A stretch of DNA of 55,025 bases, filler included, from Hemiscyllium ocellatum (taxonomy: Eukaryota), in the NCBI RefSeq assembly GCF_020745735.1. It is 3 parts of 3 records of this genome, joined end to end, with 100 filler letters (N's around TTAATTAATTAA, not from the genome) between each part and the next. Parts side by side here need not be neighbours in the genome. Positions count along the whole stretch, not along the records: positions 30,483 to 44,619 come from NW_026868080.1; positions 44,720 to 55,025 come from NW_026868127.1; 1 more part is not named here. One strand, given 5' to 3'. Below the pieces are notes generated by a model. The model did not search any database, had not been told where the DNA came from, and saw nothing but the letters and a program-made list of their open reading frames with translations. The stretch's first letter is position 1, and every line of letters starts with the position of its first letter. Below, in pieces: positions 35,741-47,990 of this stretch. Position numbers and translations under genes: made by a program.

Positions 35741-36069
35741 GCCGTGAGAACTCTCAGCCCAAGCTGACCCTGCTGCCCCCCTCCCCGGAGCAGGTCAATG
35801 CCAAGGGCACTGCCACCCTGGTGTGCCTTGCCAATCACTTCTATCCCGATGAGCTGGAGGTGCAGTGGAAGAAGGACGGTGCAGTCATTTCGGACGGGGT
35901 TCAGACCAGCAACTACCTGCGAGCTTCGGACAGCACCTACAGTGTCAGCAGCCTGCTGACCCTCTCTGGGTCTGACTGGGAGTCCGACGCTCGCTTCTCC
36001 TGTGCCCTCACCCACGTGACCCTCCCCTCTCCCCTCAGCAAGAGCATCAGGAGATCAGAATGTGTGTAG
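35741..36069 (+). CDS. IGKC: Ig light-chain constant exon, shark kappa (NS4/type III)-like, copy 1
   Basis: Acceptor tctttcag, then RENSQPKLTLLPPSPEQVNAKGTATLVCLANHFYPDELEVQWKKDG...YSVSSLLTL...FSCALTHVTLPSPLSKSIRRSECV*. It has C1-set Cys/Trp/Cys and a penultimate Cys for the H-L bond. The kappa assignment is from recalled similarity. Confidence 0.9.
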
Positions 36070-36565
36070 AGTGTTGGAGACAGTCCACAGAGGAGACACA
36101 ACTTTAAACAGAACAGGGCTGAGCTGGCAGGACAAAGGTCATTGTCAGCACTGAATTTCAACTCTCTTCCTTCTCAGGATTGCTCAGAGAAACTTCTGAG
36201 GTTTGGATATTAAAGCAGGTCATCGCGACAGTGTCAAGAGAGCTTTACACTGTGTCAAACCCCATGCTGTCCTTGTCCTGGGAATGTTTGATGGGGACAG
36301 GATTGCCTTGTTATGTTAGCTGCACAAAACAATGTGAACCTCAGAAGTCTCTGCTTCAGTAAACCAGATCTCCTTCCTGCTCAGCTGCCAGTTCCAGTTT
36401 AAGGTTTTGTCACTGTTTAAAGGGACAGGATTCTCATGTTATTGAGAAAATCTCTCCAAGTGTTTTCCTCAATCTCCATTGTGGCTATGAATTTGAGCAG
36501 CTTCCTCTGTCTTGGCTGTTAATTGCAGTTGTTTCTTTTTCTGTGAATGTGAATGTGGAAAAGGG

Positions 36566-36571
36566 AATAAA
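36566..36571 (+). promoter_or_regulatory. Probable polyadenylation signal of C copy 1
   Basis: AATAAA about 500 nt after the stop. The same position is conserved in copy 2 (45644-45649). Confidence 0.6.
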
Positions 36572-36937
36572 GGTGAAAATTCAGTCTCTGTCTCCGTGTG
36601 CTTTGGAAATAACTGACTTTCTCCTCCCCCCATCTCTCAGTTGATTGGCTGTATTTCAGCAGGTCATTGTCACAATTGGTTACTTGGCCTGTCAATCAAT
36701 TACAATCATCAATCATTTTTCAAATGATCCCTTTAATCAGGAATTTATGTAGATTCCAAAAAGAACAGAAACTGAAAGTTGTTGGGACTCAGTAAGTGCA
36801 ATCTGATGCATTCCCTCTTCACTCTGTTGGTACATGCCCAGCTGATGGGATCGAACTGTGCAATCTCTGCTGCATGTCGGATAGCCCCTGAAATAATCTT
36901 CGGCCAATCACAGACATTGTTGGCTGTGTGCCTCTCT

Positions 36938-37325
36938 GAGTGTGAGTGTTTAACTCAATACTGCCTGTAGATGTCTCTCTGAGTGTGGCTGTGTTACTCA
37001 GAGACACACCACAGACAGCGCTCAGTAACACACCCACATTCGGTGAGACACCGATCCGCAGCATGGAGTGTGAGTGTGTTACTTAGTGCTGCCTGTAGGT
37101 GTCTCTCTCAGTGTGAGTGTGTTACTCTGTGCTGCCTGTAGGTGTCTCTCTCATGTGAGTGTGTTACTCTGTGCTGCCTGTAGGTGTCTCTCTCAGTGTG
37201 AGTGTGTTACTCTGTGCTGCCTGTAGGTGTCTCTCTCAATGTGAGTGTGTTACTCTGTGCTGCCTGTAGGTGTCTCTCTCAGTGTGAGTGTGTTACTCTG
37301 TGCTGCCTGTAGGTGTCTCTCTGAG
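36938..37325 (+). repeat. 43-bp minisatellite
   Basis: The unit GTGTGAGTGTGTTACTCTGTGCTGCCTGTAGGTGTCTCTCTCA occurs about five times near-perfectly (37111-37325), with degenerate copies upstream. Confidence 0.92.
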
Positions 37326-38689
37326 GTCTGTGTCTCCGAGCGATGGATTGAGAATGGGCTTTGTGCTGGGGATTGAAGATTTGGCTTTAATCTTCTCAAA
37401 TCATGAGTGAAAAACAGCTCAGCTGATTCAGTCTGAGAGGCAGCTCATTCAGATGGCCAAAGTTAAAAAACACACAACACCAGATAATAGTCAACAGGTT
37501 TATTTGGAAGTAAAAGCATTCGGAGTGCTGCCCTTCATTAGGTAGCTGGAAGGGCAGGATCATTGGGCACAGAATTTATAGCAAATTCAGATAGCAGCTG
37601 TAAAAGGTGAATACTGAGAGTGTATTCTCAGGAAGGGAGAGGATTTCAGAGGCAGTGGGCACTGTGCTCCCAAATGTGTTGATCAATTCCGAGGAGATTT
37701 TTGAATCCAGGGCCAGAGGAGTTGTGGCTGCCTGCCCAGCCAATGCTGGCTCCCCATAGTCATATTTCAGTGGTTAATTAACCCAAAACTAGGTGCAGCA
37801 ATATTACCTTCCAGGGAGGGGAGCTGTCTGAGGGAGGGAGGTTGAATTCATACAGCCCCAAGAGAGGTTGTGGTGGATTAATGACAGGTATGACCACCAT
37901 GAAGGTGCCACCTTCTCCCCCTGCTACAGCTGTGATGACCCTCAGGTTAAAAGTGTGACTGCTCTGGGATAATGACCACATTCCTGGGTGATGGAGGGAA
38001 GGCCAACCTCTCCCAAAGGCAGCACAGGCTGGATCGAAGGTGAAACAAGAGTAAGCATGGGGAGATTGAGGATGACAGAAGGAGGGGGTTGGTTGGCAGG
38101 TTGTTATTCAGAGTCAGGTACCAGAGTTTCAGTCCTTCTGACACTCCTCTTTTTTCTTTTTTTCTTCTTTTTTTCTTACTTACATGTGGAGAGTCCTTGA
38201 CACTGATCCAGCTCCCTCAGAGCCAGCTCTCAGAATGTTCAGAACCCCTAACATGCCTGTTTTATTTCACCCCCACACTGCCGCCGAATGCAGGGGAGCT
38301 TATTTTTTTCCCCAGCACCCATGGTGTGTGTGTGTGTAGGTGTGAGACACAGTGAGAGACACAAAGCGCCCGAATCTTTATTCAATTTCCACCACCAGGA
38401 AGATAGGAAAACACCCGCGTGGCCAGTGACAAGCAGTGCACTTCACATCAAAGGGCAATGTTGTGTGATCAAACAGTGAAGGGGAGGGCAGGGATTAAGA
38501 CACTCCTCTTTTTATCTGTCCGCCAGGACTCCTTGATTGGACAAAGTTAACTGTCCCTGTCAGGGAACTCATATTTTATCAAAAAGAATAAACCATTTAT
38601 TGAACAAGGAGCCCAAGAGCTAAACGACACGAGACAAAATGAATGGTTTGAAATATTTCATCATGGGCACCACAAATAAGATTTGGGGA

Positions 38690-39000
38690 AGAATGTTTTC
38701 ACTCAGCGGGTGGTGGGAAGGCCGTTTGGCCCAACAAGTCCACACTTATCCTTGGAAGAGTAACCCACCCAAGACCCAATCTCCTATCCCATTACTCTAC
38801 TTTTGCCCTGACTAATGAACCTAACCTACACATCCCTGATCACTATGGGCAACATAGCACAGCCAATTCACTTAACCTGCATGTCTTTAGAATGTGGGAG
38901 GAAACCAGAGCACCCAGAGGAAACCTACGCAGACATTTGGAGAATGTACACACTCCACACAGACATTTGCCTGAGGCTGGAATTGAACCTGGGTCAAAAC
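38690..39000 (-). mobile_element. HE1/V-SINE-like element
   Basis: Homologous to 15128-15432 (ggcccaacaagtccacac...ggaaacc...cactccacacagac...ggaattgaacctggg). Confidence 0.7.
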
Positions 39001-39129
39001 ACTCAGACTGGCCTTGACTTCGCTCCAACCTCTGCCTACAATTCAGGCCCCTCCCACTCTGCAACCAAGACTCAGACTGCATTTCCCACAGTCACCCTGA
39101 GTCCAACTGCCTACCTGCAGCCAGCCAGC

Positions 39130-41830
39130 ACACTCGCTCTCCCTCCTCACCATCCACCCCCACAATGCACCCTATCCCTCCACTTCTCCCTCTTCACCTC
39201 ATCCCCACCTTCCCACTCCCCCACCTCACTCCACAGCCCACCTCCGCCCCAATCTCCTTTCTCTCCAACACCCATTCCCCCGTGCTACACCACACAACCA
39301 ACCCTCACCCACTGCATGCCATCACCCTTCCCCCCTCCCCTCCTTCAGCCAACTTGGGCCCCCCCCCCGAAAACCTCAACCCTGAGCTTTGCCCCATATT
39401 TACTATACCGCCCTGACCTCAAACTGTCTGAGGCCAAAAGATCCATCCTCAGGAAAGGGCTCACAGTCATTCCCGCCCGACCCCCCCTCAATGAAATCCA
39501 CACCCACCACCACGTGGAGCTCTTCTTCCGCCGCCTCTACCTTCGTATCTTCTTCTTTAACAAAAACTCCCAAACTCCCTCTGAGGAACCCTCCTCCCAT
39601 CTCCAACCTTACTCCTACATTTGGTCACCCTCCCCCCCACACCCCCCACCACCAGCCGTGTACACACTCGAGACCTCTTCATTGCTGACTGTTGATGTGC
39701 CATCACCCGCCTGGATTTCTCCCCCCACCCATTCCAACCACACCCCCTCTGATCAAGCACTCCACTCTCACTGTGCCAACCCCTGTTTCACCAACAAACC
39801 CGCTGACAAATGTGGCGTGGTGTTAGTCTGGAGAACAGACCTAAAAGTCACAGAGGCCGAACCCCAACTCTTAGACACCACGTTCTACCTCCCCCTTGCC
39901 CATAACCCCGCTGTGACCCATCAGGCCAAAATCACTCACACTGTCAGTGACCTCATTGCCTCCAGTGATCTCCCCTCCACTGTCTCTCATAGTCCCTCAG
40001 CCCTGCATTGCCCAGTTCTCCCTGCTCCCCAAAATCCACAAGCCCAACTACCTGGTTGACCCATCGTCTCAGCATGCCCCTGCCCCACCGAACTCCTCTC
40101 ATCCTACCTCAACTCTCCTCCTTGGTTCAGGCACTGCCCACCTACATCGGCTACACCAACCATGCCTTCCATCTCTTCAGTAACCTCCAGTTCCTCAGCC
40201 CTAAGTGCTTTATCTCCATGATGGATGTGCAGTCCTTACATATGTCCATACCCCACAAGGATGGCCTCCAGGCCCAACACCTTTCCCACTGCCACAGACC
40301 CATCCAATACCCTCCTCCGCCTTGTCAAACTGGTCCAGGGGGTGGCCATGGGCACCCGGTTGAGCAATGTCGACCAGTCCCTCTTCAGTGACTATACAGG
40401 CACTGTGCCATTACATCAGTGACTATATCGGTGCAGCATCCTGCATCCAGGCTGAACTGGAGCAGTTCATTGACTTTCCCACAACTTCCACCCTGTCCTC
40501 TACTTCACTTCATCCATCTCAGACACCTCCCTGCCTTTTCTACACCTCTCCATTTCCAATTCTGGCGATAATCTTCAAACAGGCAGTTAATACACACCCA
40601 CTGACTCCCAATCCTACCTGGGCTACACCTTCTCCCAACCAGTCTCCTGCAGAACTCCATCCCATTCTCCCAATTCCTCTGCCTCCACTCCATCTGCTCG
40701 GATGAGGAGACATTTCGCTGATCACAGATGTCCACCTCTTATGAACAACATGCTTTTCCTCCTTCTGTCATCCTTCTGTCATCCACTGCACTACCTCCAT
40801 TTCCCGTTCCATTGCTCTGAACCCACCCTCTCTCCAAACACAATAAACTCAGAGTCCCCATTGTCCTCAACTATTACCAATCCCTGTACCAATTAACGCA
40901 TCATCCTTAAACGCTTCCACCAACTCCAACTAGACTGACCACCAAGAACATCTTCCTCTCCCCACCCCTGGCTGCCTTCCACAAGGACTGTTCCCTTTGA
41001 CAATTTCGTGGTTTGTGCCACTTGCCCACCTACCCTCCTGAACCCCCAGGAACCTTCCCCTGCAACGCAAAAAGATGCAAAGCCTGCTGTTACACCAATC
41101 CTTCCCCTCCATCCAGGGCCCCAAACAGTCCTTCCAGGTGAGACATTGCCTTTCCTCCAAACTATTTCACTGCATCAGGTGCCCACGGTATGGTCTTCTC
41201 TATATTGGGAAGACAAAATATAATCTTAGGGAATGTTTCACCGAGCATCTCAGCCAGGCTAGCAGGGGCCGACCAGACCTCTCAGTCCCCGCCCATTTCA
41301 ATTCCCCTTCCCATTCCCTTTCCGACATGACCATCATCAGCCTCCTCCATTGCCACAATGAACCAAACCACAAATTGGAGGAACAATACCTCATCTTCCA
41401 TCTGGGCAGCCTACAGCCCAGATGACTCAACATTAAGTTCTCCAATTTCAAATAACCACTCTTCCCTTCCCCTGACTCCTTTCCCAGCCCCTCTCCCTCC
41501 CTTCCACTCCTGCCTGCCACCTACCAGATTCATTCCTCCCATTGACCAGGAGAAAGTGAGGTCTGCAGATGCTGGAGATCAGAGCTGAAAATGTGTTGCT
41601 GAAAAAGCGCAGCAGGTCAGGCAGCATCCAGGGAACAGGAGATTTGACGTTTCGGACATAAGCCCTCTTCAGGAAAGGCTCCATCTACCTGTCATCACCT
41701 ATCCCACTTCATCATCCTGTCCCCACTACCCCCTTTATCTGCTTCCTCTACACCTAACCTCATTCCTGAAGAAGGGTTACACCCAAAACATCACCTGATG
41801 CTGCCTGCCTTGCTGTGTTCTTCCAACCTC
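39130..41830 (+). mobile_element. Degenerate Penelope-like retroelement (RT + GIY-YIG endonuclease)
   Basis: Frameshifted motifs LRKGLTVIP, KPADKCGVVLVW, LLPKIHKP, MDVQSL, GVAMGT and CIRCPRYGLLYIGKTK...HFNSPSHS...LEEQYLIFHLGSLQP. Terminal-repeat sequence lies at 41540-41830. Confidence 0.85.
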
Positions 41831-44619
41831 CTGCCTGTCACTGAATGGAACCAGAAAAGGTTTAGACAATCAAGTATCAGGGCCATCAACAAATGGGAAT
41901 GGGACACACTACAGACAGATGCATTGAGACAGTCAATCACAAAGAGAAGACCAAACTGGAAATGAACCACTAATACACAGTGGACGGAATTTAATGTCAG
42001 AAAGTGTGAGACCATACACTTGGGTCAGAATAACCTAAAGGCAGACTATTATTTAAATAGTGAGAGATTCCAACAAAGTGCAGTACAGAGTGATCAGGGT
42101 AGTATTGTGCATGAAACACAGACAGTTAGTGCAGGAGCAGCAAGGAATCGAGAAGGCAAATGGAATTTTCACCTTTATTGTCTGGGGGTTGAAATTTAAA
42201 AACAGAGAAATCCTATTAAAACTATCGAGGGTGTTAGTGAGCCTGCATTTGGAGTATTGTTTGCAATTTTGGTCCCTGTATTTAAGAAAGGATGGACAGC
42301 TATTGGAGGCTTCCTCCTGCTCCTATTTCCCATGTCCTTGTGTGCTCCAGTGTCCTTCCCTCACAGCAGAGCTGGTTGGAGCCTGCCTGCAGTAGCAGCC
42401 TCCAGTCTCTGGGTGGTGCTGTGAAAAGATCTGCCTTGCCCAGGCAGTCACAGTTCCCACATCACAACAATGTCTGGTTTTTGGAAGTATTCCATTGACT
42501 GTGAAACATTTCCAAACATCCCAAGTTCAAGAAACGTATAGCATAAATATAATTCTGTCTCCTTTTATATTTTATCTCCATGTCTCCCAGCTGTCGCCTG
42601 ACAACATCACACACTTGTGTAAAATCTAGAATGAATCATGAACCTCTGGGAGAACTTTATCTATGACAACACTGGGATTAATGACCACCTCCTGAGTGGG
42701 ATTTGAGGGTGAAAGTCAACAGCAGTCTCACTGGGACTTGATCTGGGTTATCTTGGTCGTGATCCAGTCAGTCAGTGTTTTTGTCTGGGTCCAGATAGTA
42801 CAGACCAACCTCGGACCCTGTGATCTGATTGAAGTGAAGGGTTGGCTGTGCTGGGTTTTCACACATGGCTCACACACATAGTGAAGCAGGGATTACGCAT
42901 TTCATGAGAGTAAATGGAACTAACAAACTGGTTGGTTGTGACATCCCCAACCTGTCCTCAAGAGAGTGGGGACAGGAACAGTATATTCTCAGACAGAAAG
43001 GGTGGTAAAAATGATATCCTGCAAGGAGAGCGGAGACAGGAAAAGCGACGCTCCGCAGAGACAGGCGAACAGTAACTGTCTGCTCCCCACTTTCTTGTGT
43101 GTGACATATGCCCTTGGGAAATGGGTTTGGTTTTTATTTTCTCAATTGTATTTAGGTTTGCCGAGGTGATTCGGGAACAAGGATTCCAATTCAATATTTT
43201 GTGTAGCAGCAGATCTACTAAAGGTCATGGTTTCATTTGGAGTTTGCCCAGGATTCTGTCCAGGCTGATACAGCATGATTTACTAGGGTTGCTCCTATTG
43301 GGCTAAACCATCACACACGAGGGAATCTGACAGGCACTTTCTCTTTGTGCTGGCAAAGGGAGAGATTTGCTTTTACTGCAATGGTGGCCAAAGAAATGAG
43401 TCAGTGGAGGTAGTTCCAGCTGAATACAATGTTCTGATGTTCATGATGGGATTAACCTCAACAGTTCCCACTTGCCTTTACCCCGACAGTGGAACAGGAA
43501 GTCACCACGCAGTGATCTCTGGCTCACACTGAGAAACCAAGTTGATGGTATAACTGCAGAGAGCAAGACAATGGCTTGGACTCACGGAACAACCAGAAGC
43601 TTCAACCAACAATTGGGTCACAGGCAAATGGAGTGTTGTGTAAACTCTCAGTATCTCGGGAACAAACACAACTGCTGAGCTACAAAACCGAACAGAATAT
43701 TGTTACAACAAATTGTCATTCCAAAAGTAAAATACAAACACAATATGCATAAAACCTGACTAATTTCAGAGACTACAACATTTTCTTTGAAAGTTGGATG
43801 ATAATGAGATGAGAATTCAAACAGCTACCCATTCCGTCACACAGTGTTGAAGTTGCACTGTCGTCATCATTACAAGCTTCTTAATACATGAAAGGGGAGA
43901 GAACCATTGCAAACTGTATTACCACGAGTCGGGATCCATTAAAAACTAAGACCATGATATTAAATGCTCCCAGCCAGACGCAAAACTGACGCATTCACAT
44001 CATTGGAATGTTAAATGATATTAAAAAATCTGCCAACCACTTTCATGAAGATGGAGTAGTATTTAAATCTCAAGAGGCATTGATGACTTTTTTTTCAGTT
44101 CTATGCAAGGAAGCAGCAGAGATATGAACTCCAACAAACTAATGATAACAGGCATTGAATACAGAGCAGGTTCCTGAGAGGAAAAAAACAGCAGAGATCT
44201 GTCCAATGCTAGGAATATTTTAGACCAGACACCTTGTTGCCAGCAAGTTACTGCAACTTGAAAATTCAAGTACGATCAGAAGAGAAAAAGGACAATGTGC
44301 AGATTGTTGAACAGGCCCCTACACCTGGGCCTGAGGCAGGAGCCCAAGCTCCAACACACTGGCCTCACTTCACACCAACCTTCACACAGTGCGGGGTCAT
44401 GAACTCCGGCCATCAATCCCTCTGGGACTGGGACGGAGTGAGGGAACAGGGATAATTGTAGAAGATTCAATAAGGAGTAAAGCAAGATGGAGAGGGTGTG
44501 TTTGGAAAGGGGTTAGAGGAGAAAATATACTTTGTGCCACTCAGTACAGACATCATCTACGTTGTTCACAGAATGAACAAAACAGCACACTGTGAAGACA
44601 AACAAAAGTCACATCAAAT

Positions 44620-44719
44620 NNNNNNNNNNNNNNNNNNNNNNNNNNNNNNNNNNNNNNNNNNNNTTAATTAATTAANNNNNNNNNNNNNNNNNNNNNNNNN
44701 NNNNNNNNNNNNNNNNNNN
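44620..44719. other. Artificial contig linker
   Basis: 44 N + TTAATTAATTAA (44664-44675) + 44 N. Confidence 0.92.
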
Positions 44720-44794
44720 TCTTGCCAGTGAATGTTCAGAGAGTTAAAATCCCTTCGAATAACAGGGATTAAAATTGTTTCTCTTGTCTTTCAG

Positions 44795-45123
44795 GTGGTG
44801 ACAACTCTCAGCCCAAGCTGACCCTGCTGCCCCCCTCCCCGGAGCAGGTCAATGCCAAGGGCACTGCCACCCTGGTGTGCCTTGCCAATCACTTCTATCC
44901 CGATGAGCTGGAGGTGCAGTGGAAGAAGGACGGTGCAGTCATTTCAGACGGGGTTCAGACCAGCAACTACCTGCGAGCTTCGGACAGCACCTACAGTGTC
45001 AGCAGCCTGCTGACCCTCTCTGGGTCTGACTGGGAGTCCGACGCTCGCTTCTCCTGTGCCCTCACCCACGTGACCCTCCCCTCTCCCCTCAGCAAGAGCA
45101 TCAGGAGATCAGAATGTGTGTAG
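44795..45123 (+). CDS. IGKC: Ig light-chain constant exon, shark kappa-like, copy 2
   Basis: Same 329-nt exon as copy 1, starting GDNSQPK instead of RENSQPK. By eye it has four nucleotide differences. Confidence 0.9.
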
Positions 45124-45869
45124 AGTATCGGAGACAGTCCACAGAGGAGACACAACTTTAAATAGAACAGGGCTGAGCTGGCAGGACAAAGGTCATTGTC
45201 AGCACTGAATTTCAACTCTCTTCCTTCTCAGGACCGGCTCAGAGACATTTCTGAGGTTCAGGGGTTATGGCATGTCATTGGGACAGAGTAGACAGAGCTT
45301 TACGCTGTGTCAAACCCCATGCTGTCCCTGTTCTGGGAGTGTTTGATGGGGACAGAGTTGACTTGAGATGCCAAGTAAAATCTCTTGAAGTTGCTAAAGA
45401 GCTGTACAAAGCAATGTGAACCTCAGAAGTCTCTGTTTCAGTAAACCAGATCTCCTTCCTGCTCAGTCGCCAGTTCCAATTTAAGGTTTTGTCACTGTTT
45501 GAAGGGACAGGGTTCTCGTGCTATTGAGAAAACCTCCACAAGTGTTTTCCTCAAGCTCCATTGTGGCTGTGAATTTGAGCAGCTTCCTCTGTCTGGGCTG
45601 TTAATTGCTGACTGTTTTCTGTCAATGTCAATCTGGAAAAGGGAATAAAGATGAAGAAGATTCAGTCTCTGTGTCTGTGTGCTTTGGAGATTGACCACTC
45701 CATTCAGCTGATTGGCTACATTTCAGCATGGCATTGTCACAATTGGCTATTCGCCTGTCAATCAATGACACATCCGTTGTAGAGGATACTGACAGCCAAT
45801 CATCAATCACTTTCAAATGATCCCTTTGATCTGGAATCATTGGAGGTTACAAGATTCCAAACAGATTTC

Positions 45870-47100
45870 CATTAATGACCACCTGGACCATCTCTGACAC
45901 CTCCCTCCCCTTCCTGGACCACTCCATCTCCATTAATGATGACCCACTTGACACTGACATTTTTTACAAATCTACCGACACCGAGGGTTCCACCTCTTCC
46001 CAACCTACCTCCTGCAAAAATGCCATCCCGTATTCCCAATTCCTCCGCCTCCACCATATTTGCTCCCAGGAGGACCAGTTTCACCACAGAACCACACCAC
46101 CACACCAGATGGCATCCTTCTTTAGTGACCACAATTTCCCTTCCCACGTGGTCAAAGATGCGCTCCAACGCATCTCGTCCACATCCGACCCCTCGGCCCT
46201 CAAGCCCCACCCCTCCAACTGTAACAAGGACAGAATCACCCTGGTGCTCACCTTCCACCCTACCAACCTTTGCATAAACCACATCATTCGACGACATTTC
46301 CGCCACCTCCAAACGGACTCCACCACCAGGGATATATTTCCCTCCCCACCCATTCCTGCTTTCCTCAAAGACCGTTTCCTCCATGACTACCTGGTCAGGT
46401 CCACGTCCCCCAACAACCCACCCTCCCTTCCTGACACCCTCCCCTGCCACCGCAGGAATTGCAAAACCTCTGCCCACACCTCCTCCCTCACCTCCATCTA
46501 AGGCCCCAAAAGAGCCTTCCACACCCATCAAATTTTTATCAGCACATCCATCAATATCATTTATTGTATCCGTTGCACCCGAGGCAGTCTCCTCCATATT
46601 GGGGAGACTGGACACCTCCTTGCAGAGCGCTTTAGGGAACATCTCTGGGACAAGCACACCAATCAACCCCACTGCCCTGTGGCCCAAGATTTCACCTCCC
46701 CCTCCCACTCTGCCGAGGACATGCAAGTCCTAGGCCTCCTCCACCGCCGCTCCCTCAACACCCAACATCTAGAGGAAGAACACCTCATCTTCCGCCTCTG
46801 AACACTTCAATCCCATGGCATCAATGTGGATTTCACCAGCTTCCTCATTTCCCCTTCCCCCACCTCACCCCAGCTCCAATGTTCCAGCCTCAGCACCATC
46901 CTCATGACCTGTCCTACCTGCTTATCTTCCTTTCCACCTATCCACTCCACCCTCCTCTCTGACCTATCACCTCCATCCCCCACCCCATTCACCTATTGTA
47001 CTCTATGCTACTTTCTCCCCAACCCCCTCACATTTATCTCTCCACTCTGCAGGCACCCTACTTCTATTCCTGATGAAGGGATTTTGCCCAAAACGTTGAA
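45870..47100 (+). mobile_element. Penelope-like element 3' part (RT C-terminus + GIY-YIG)
   Basis: ORF 45875-46501 (LPFLDHSISI...KNAIPYSQFLRLHHICS...LVLTFHPTN), then GIY-YIG-type DNA (tattgtatccgttgcacccgaggcagtctcctccatattggggagact). Confidence 0.85.
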
Positions 47101-47179
47101 GTGCGGATGGTTGCGCAATATTCAGTACCATTCATAGACTCAGTATCTGAGGGGTTATGTTCAAAGGCAACAAGATCTG

Positions 47180-47990
47180 GACAATATGCAGGATGGAGTG
47201 GCAAGAGGCAAGTAAGTTTTGCACCAAAACTGCCAGTCAATGACCATCTCCAGTAGGAGGCCTGTGACCAGTGGTGTGCCACAAGGATCGGTGTTGGGTT
47301 CACTGCTTTTTGTCGTTCATATCAATGATCTGGATGTGAACATGGAACATAGTATGGTTAGTAAGTTTGCAGATGACACCAAAATTGGAGGTGTAGTGGA
47401 CAGTGTTGCATCTTGTAAAGGCAAATCAGGGCAAGACGTATACATTCAATGGTAAAGGCCTGGGGAGTGTTGCTGAATAAAGAGACCTTGGAATGTATGT
47501 TCATCATTCCTTGAAAGTGGAATCACAGATAGACAGGATTGTGAAGGCGGTGTTTGTTATGCTTGCATTTATTGGTCAAAGTATTGAGTTTAGGAGTTGA
47601 AACATCATATTTGAGGCTGTACATGAACATGATTCGGCCTCTTTTAGAATACCGTGTGCAATTCTGGACTCCCTGCTTTCGTAAGGATTTTGTGAATCTT
47701 CAAAGGGTTATGCAAAGCTTTACAAGGATATTGCCAGGGTTGGGGGGTTTCTGCTATAGGAAGAGGGTGATTTGGTTGGGGCTATTTTCCCTGCAGCATC
47801 GGAGGCTGAGGGGCGACTGTAAAAAGATATTTATAAGGCATCTGGATGAGTATATGAATAGGAAGGTTTTTAGAGGAAAATGGGCCAAATGCTAGTGAGT
47901 GGGACTAGATTTTATCTCAGATAACTGGTCAGTAAGGACAAGTTGAACCAAAGGGTCTGTTTCTGAGCTATACAACGCTATAACTCTCAG
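47180..47990 (+). mobile_element. CR1-type LINE RT/3' fragment
   Basis: [24 protein letters not shown]...[11 protein letters not shown] and LEYRVQFWTPCFRKD. Confidence 0.85.

Noticed and set aside
37111-37325. Minisatellite as a CRISPR array or RSS array
   Set aside because: It has contiguous identical units with no unique spacers in a vertebrate context, and no nonamers.
38815-40059. 414-aa ORF as a novel gene
   Set aside because: It is a read-through of SINE sequence, C-rich low-complexity DNA and the start of a Penelope-like ORF.
42770-43030. Ig-like remnant (ISFLPP..., TLHFNQITGSEVGLYY) on the minus strand
   Set aside because: The motifs lie in different frames without the conserved Cys or Trp, which is too weak to call.
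45872-46726. 284-aa minus-strand ORF
   Set aside because: It is the antisense shadow of the C-rich Penelope-like ORF on the plus strand.
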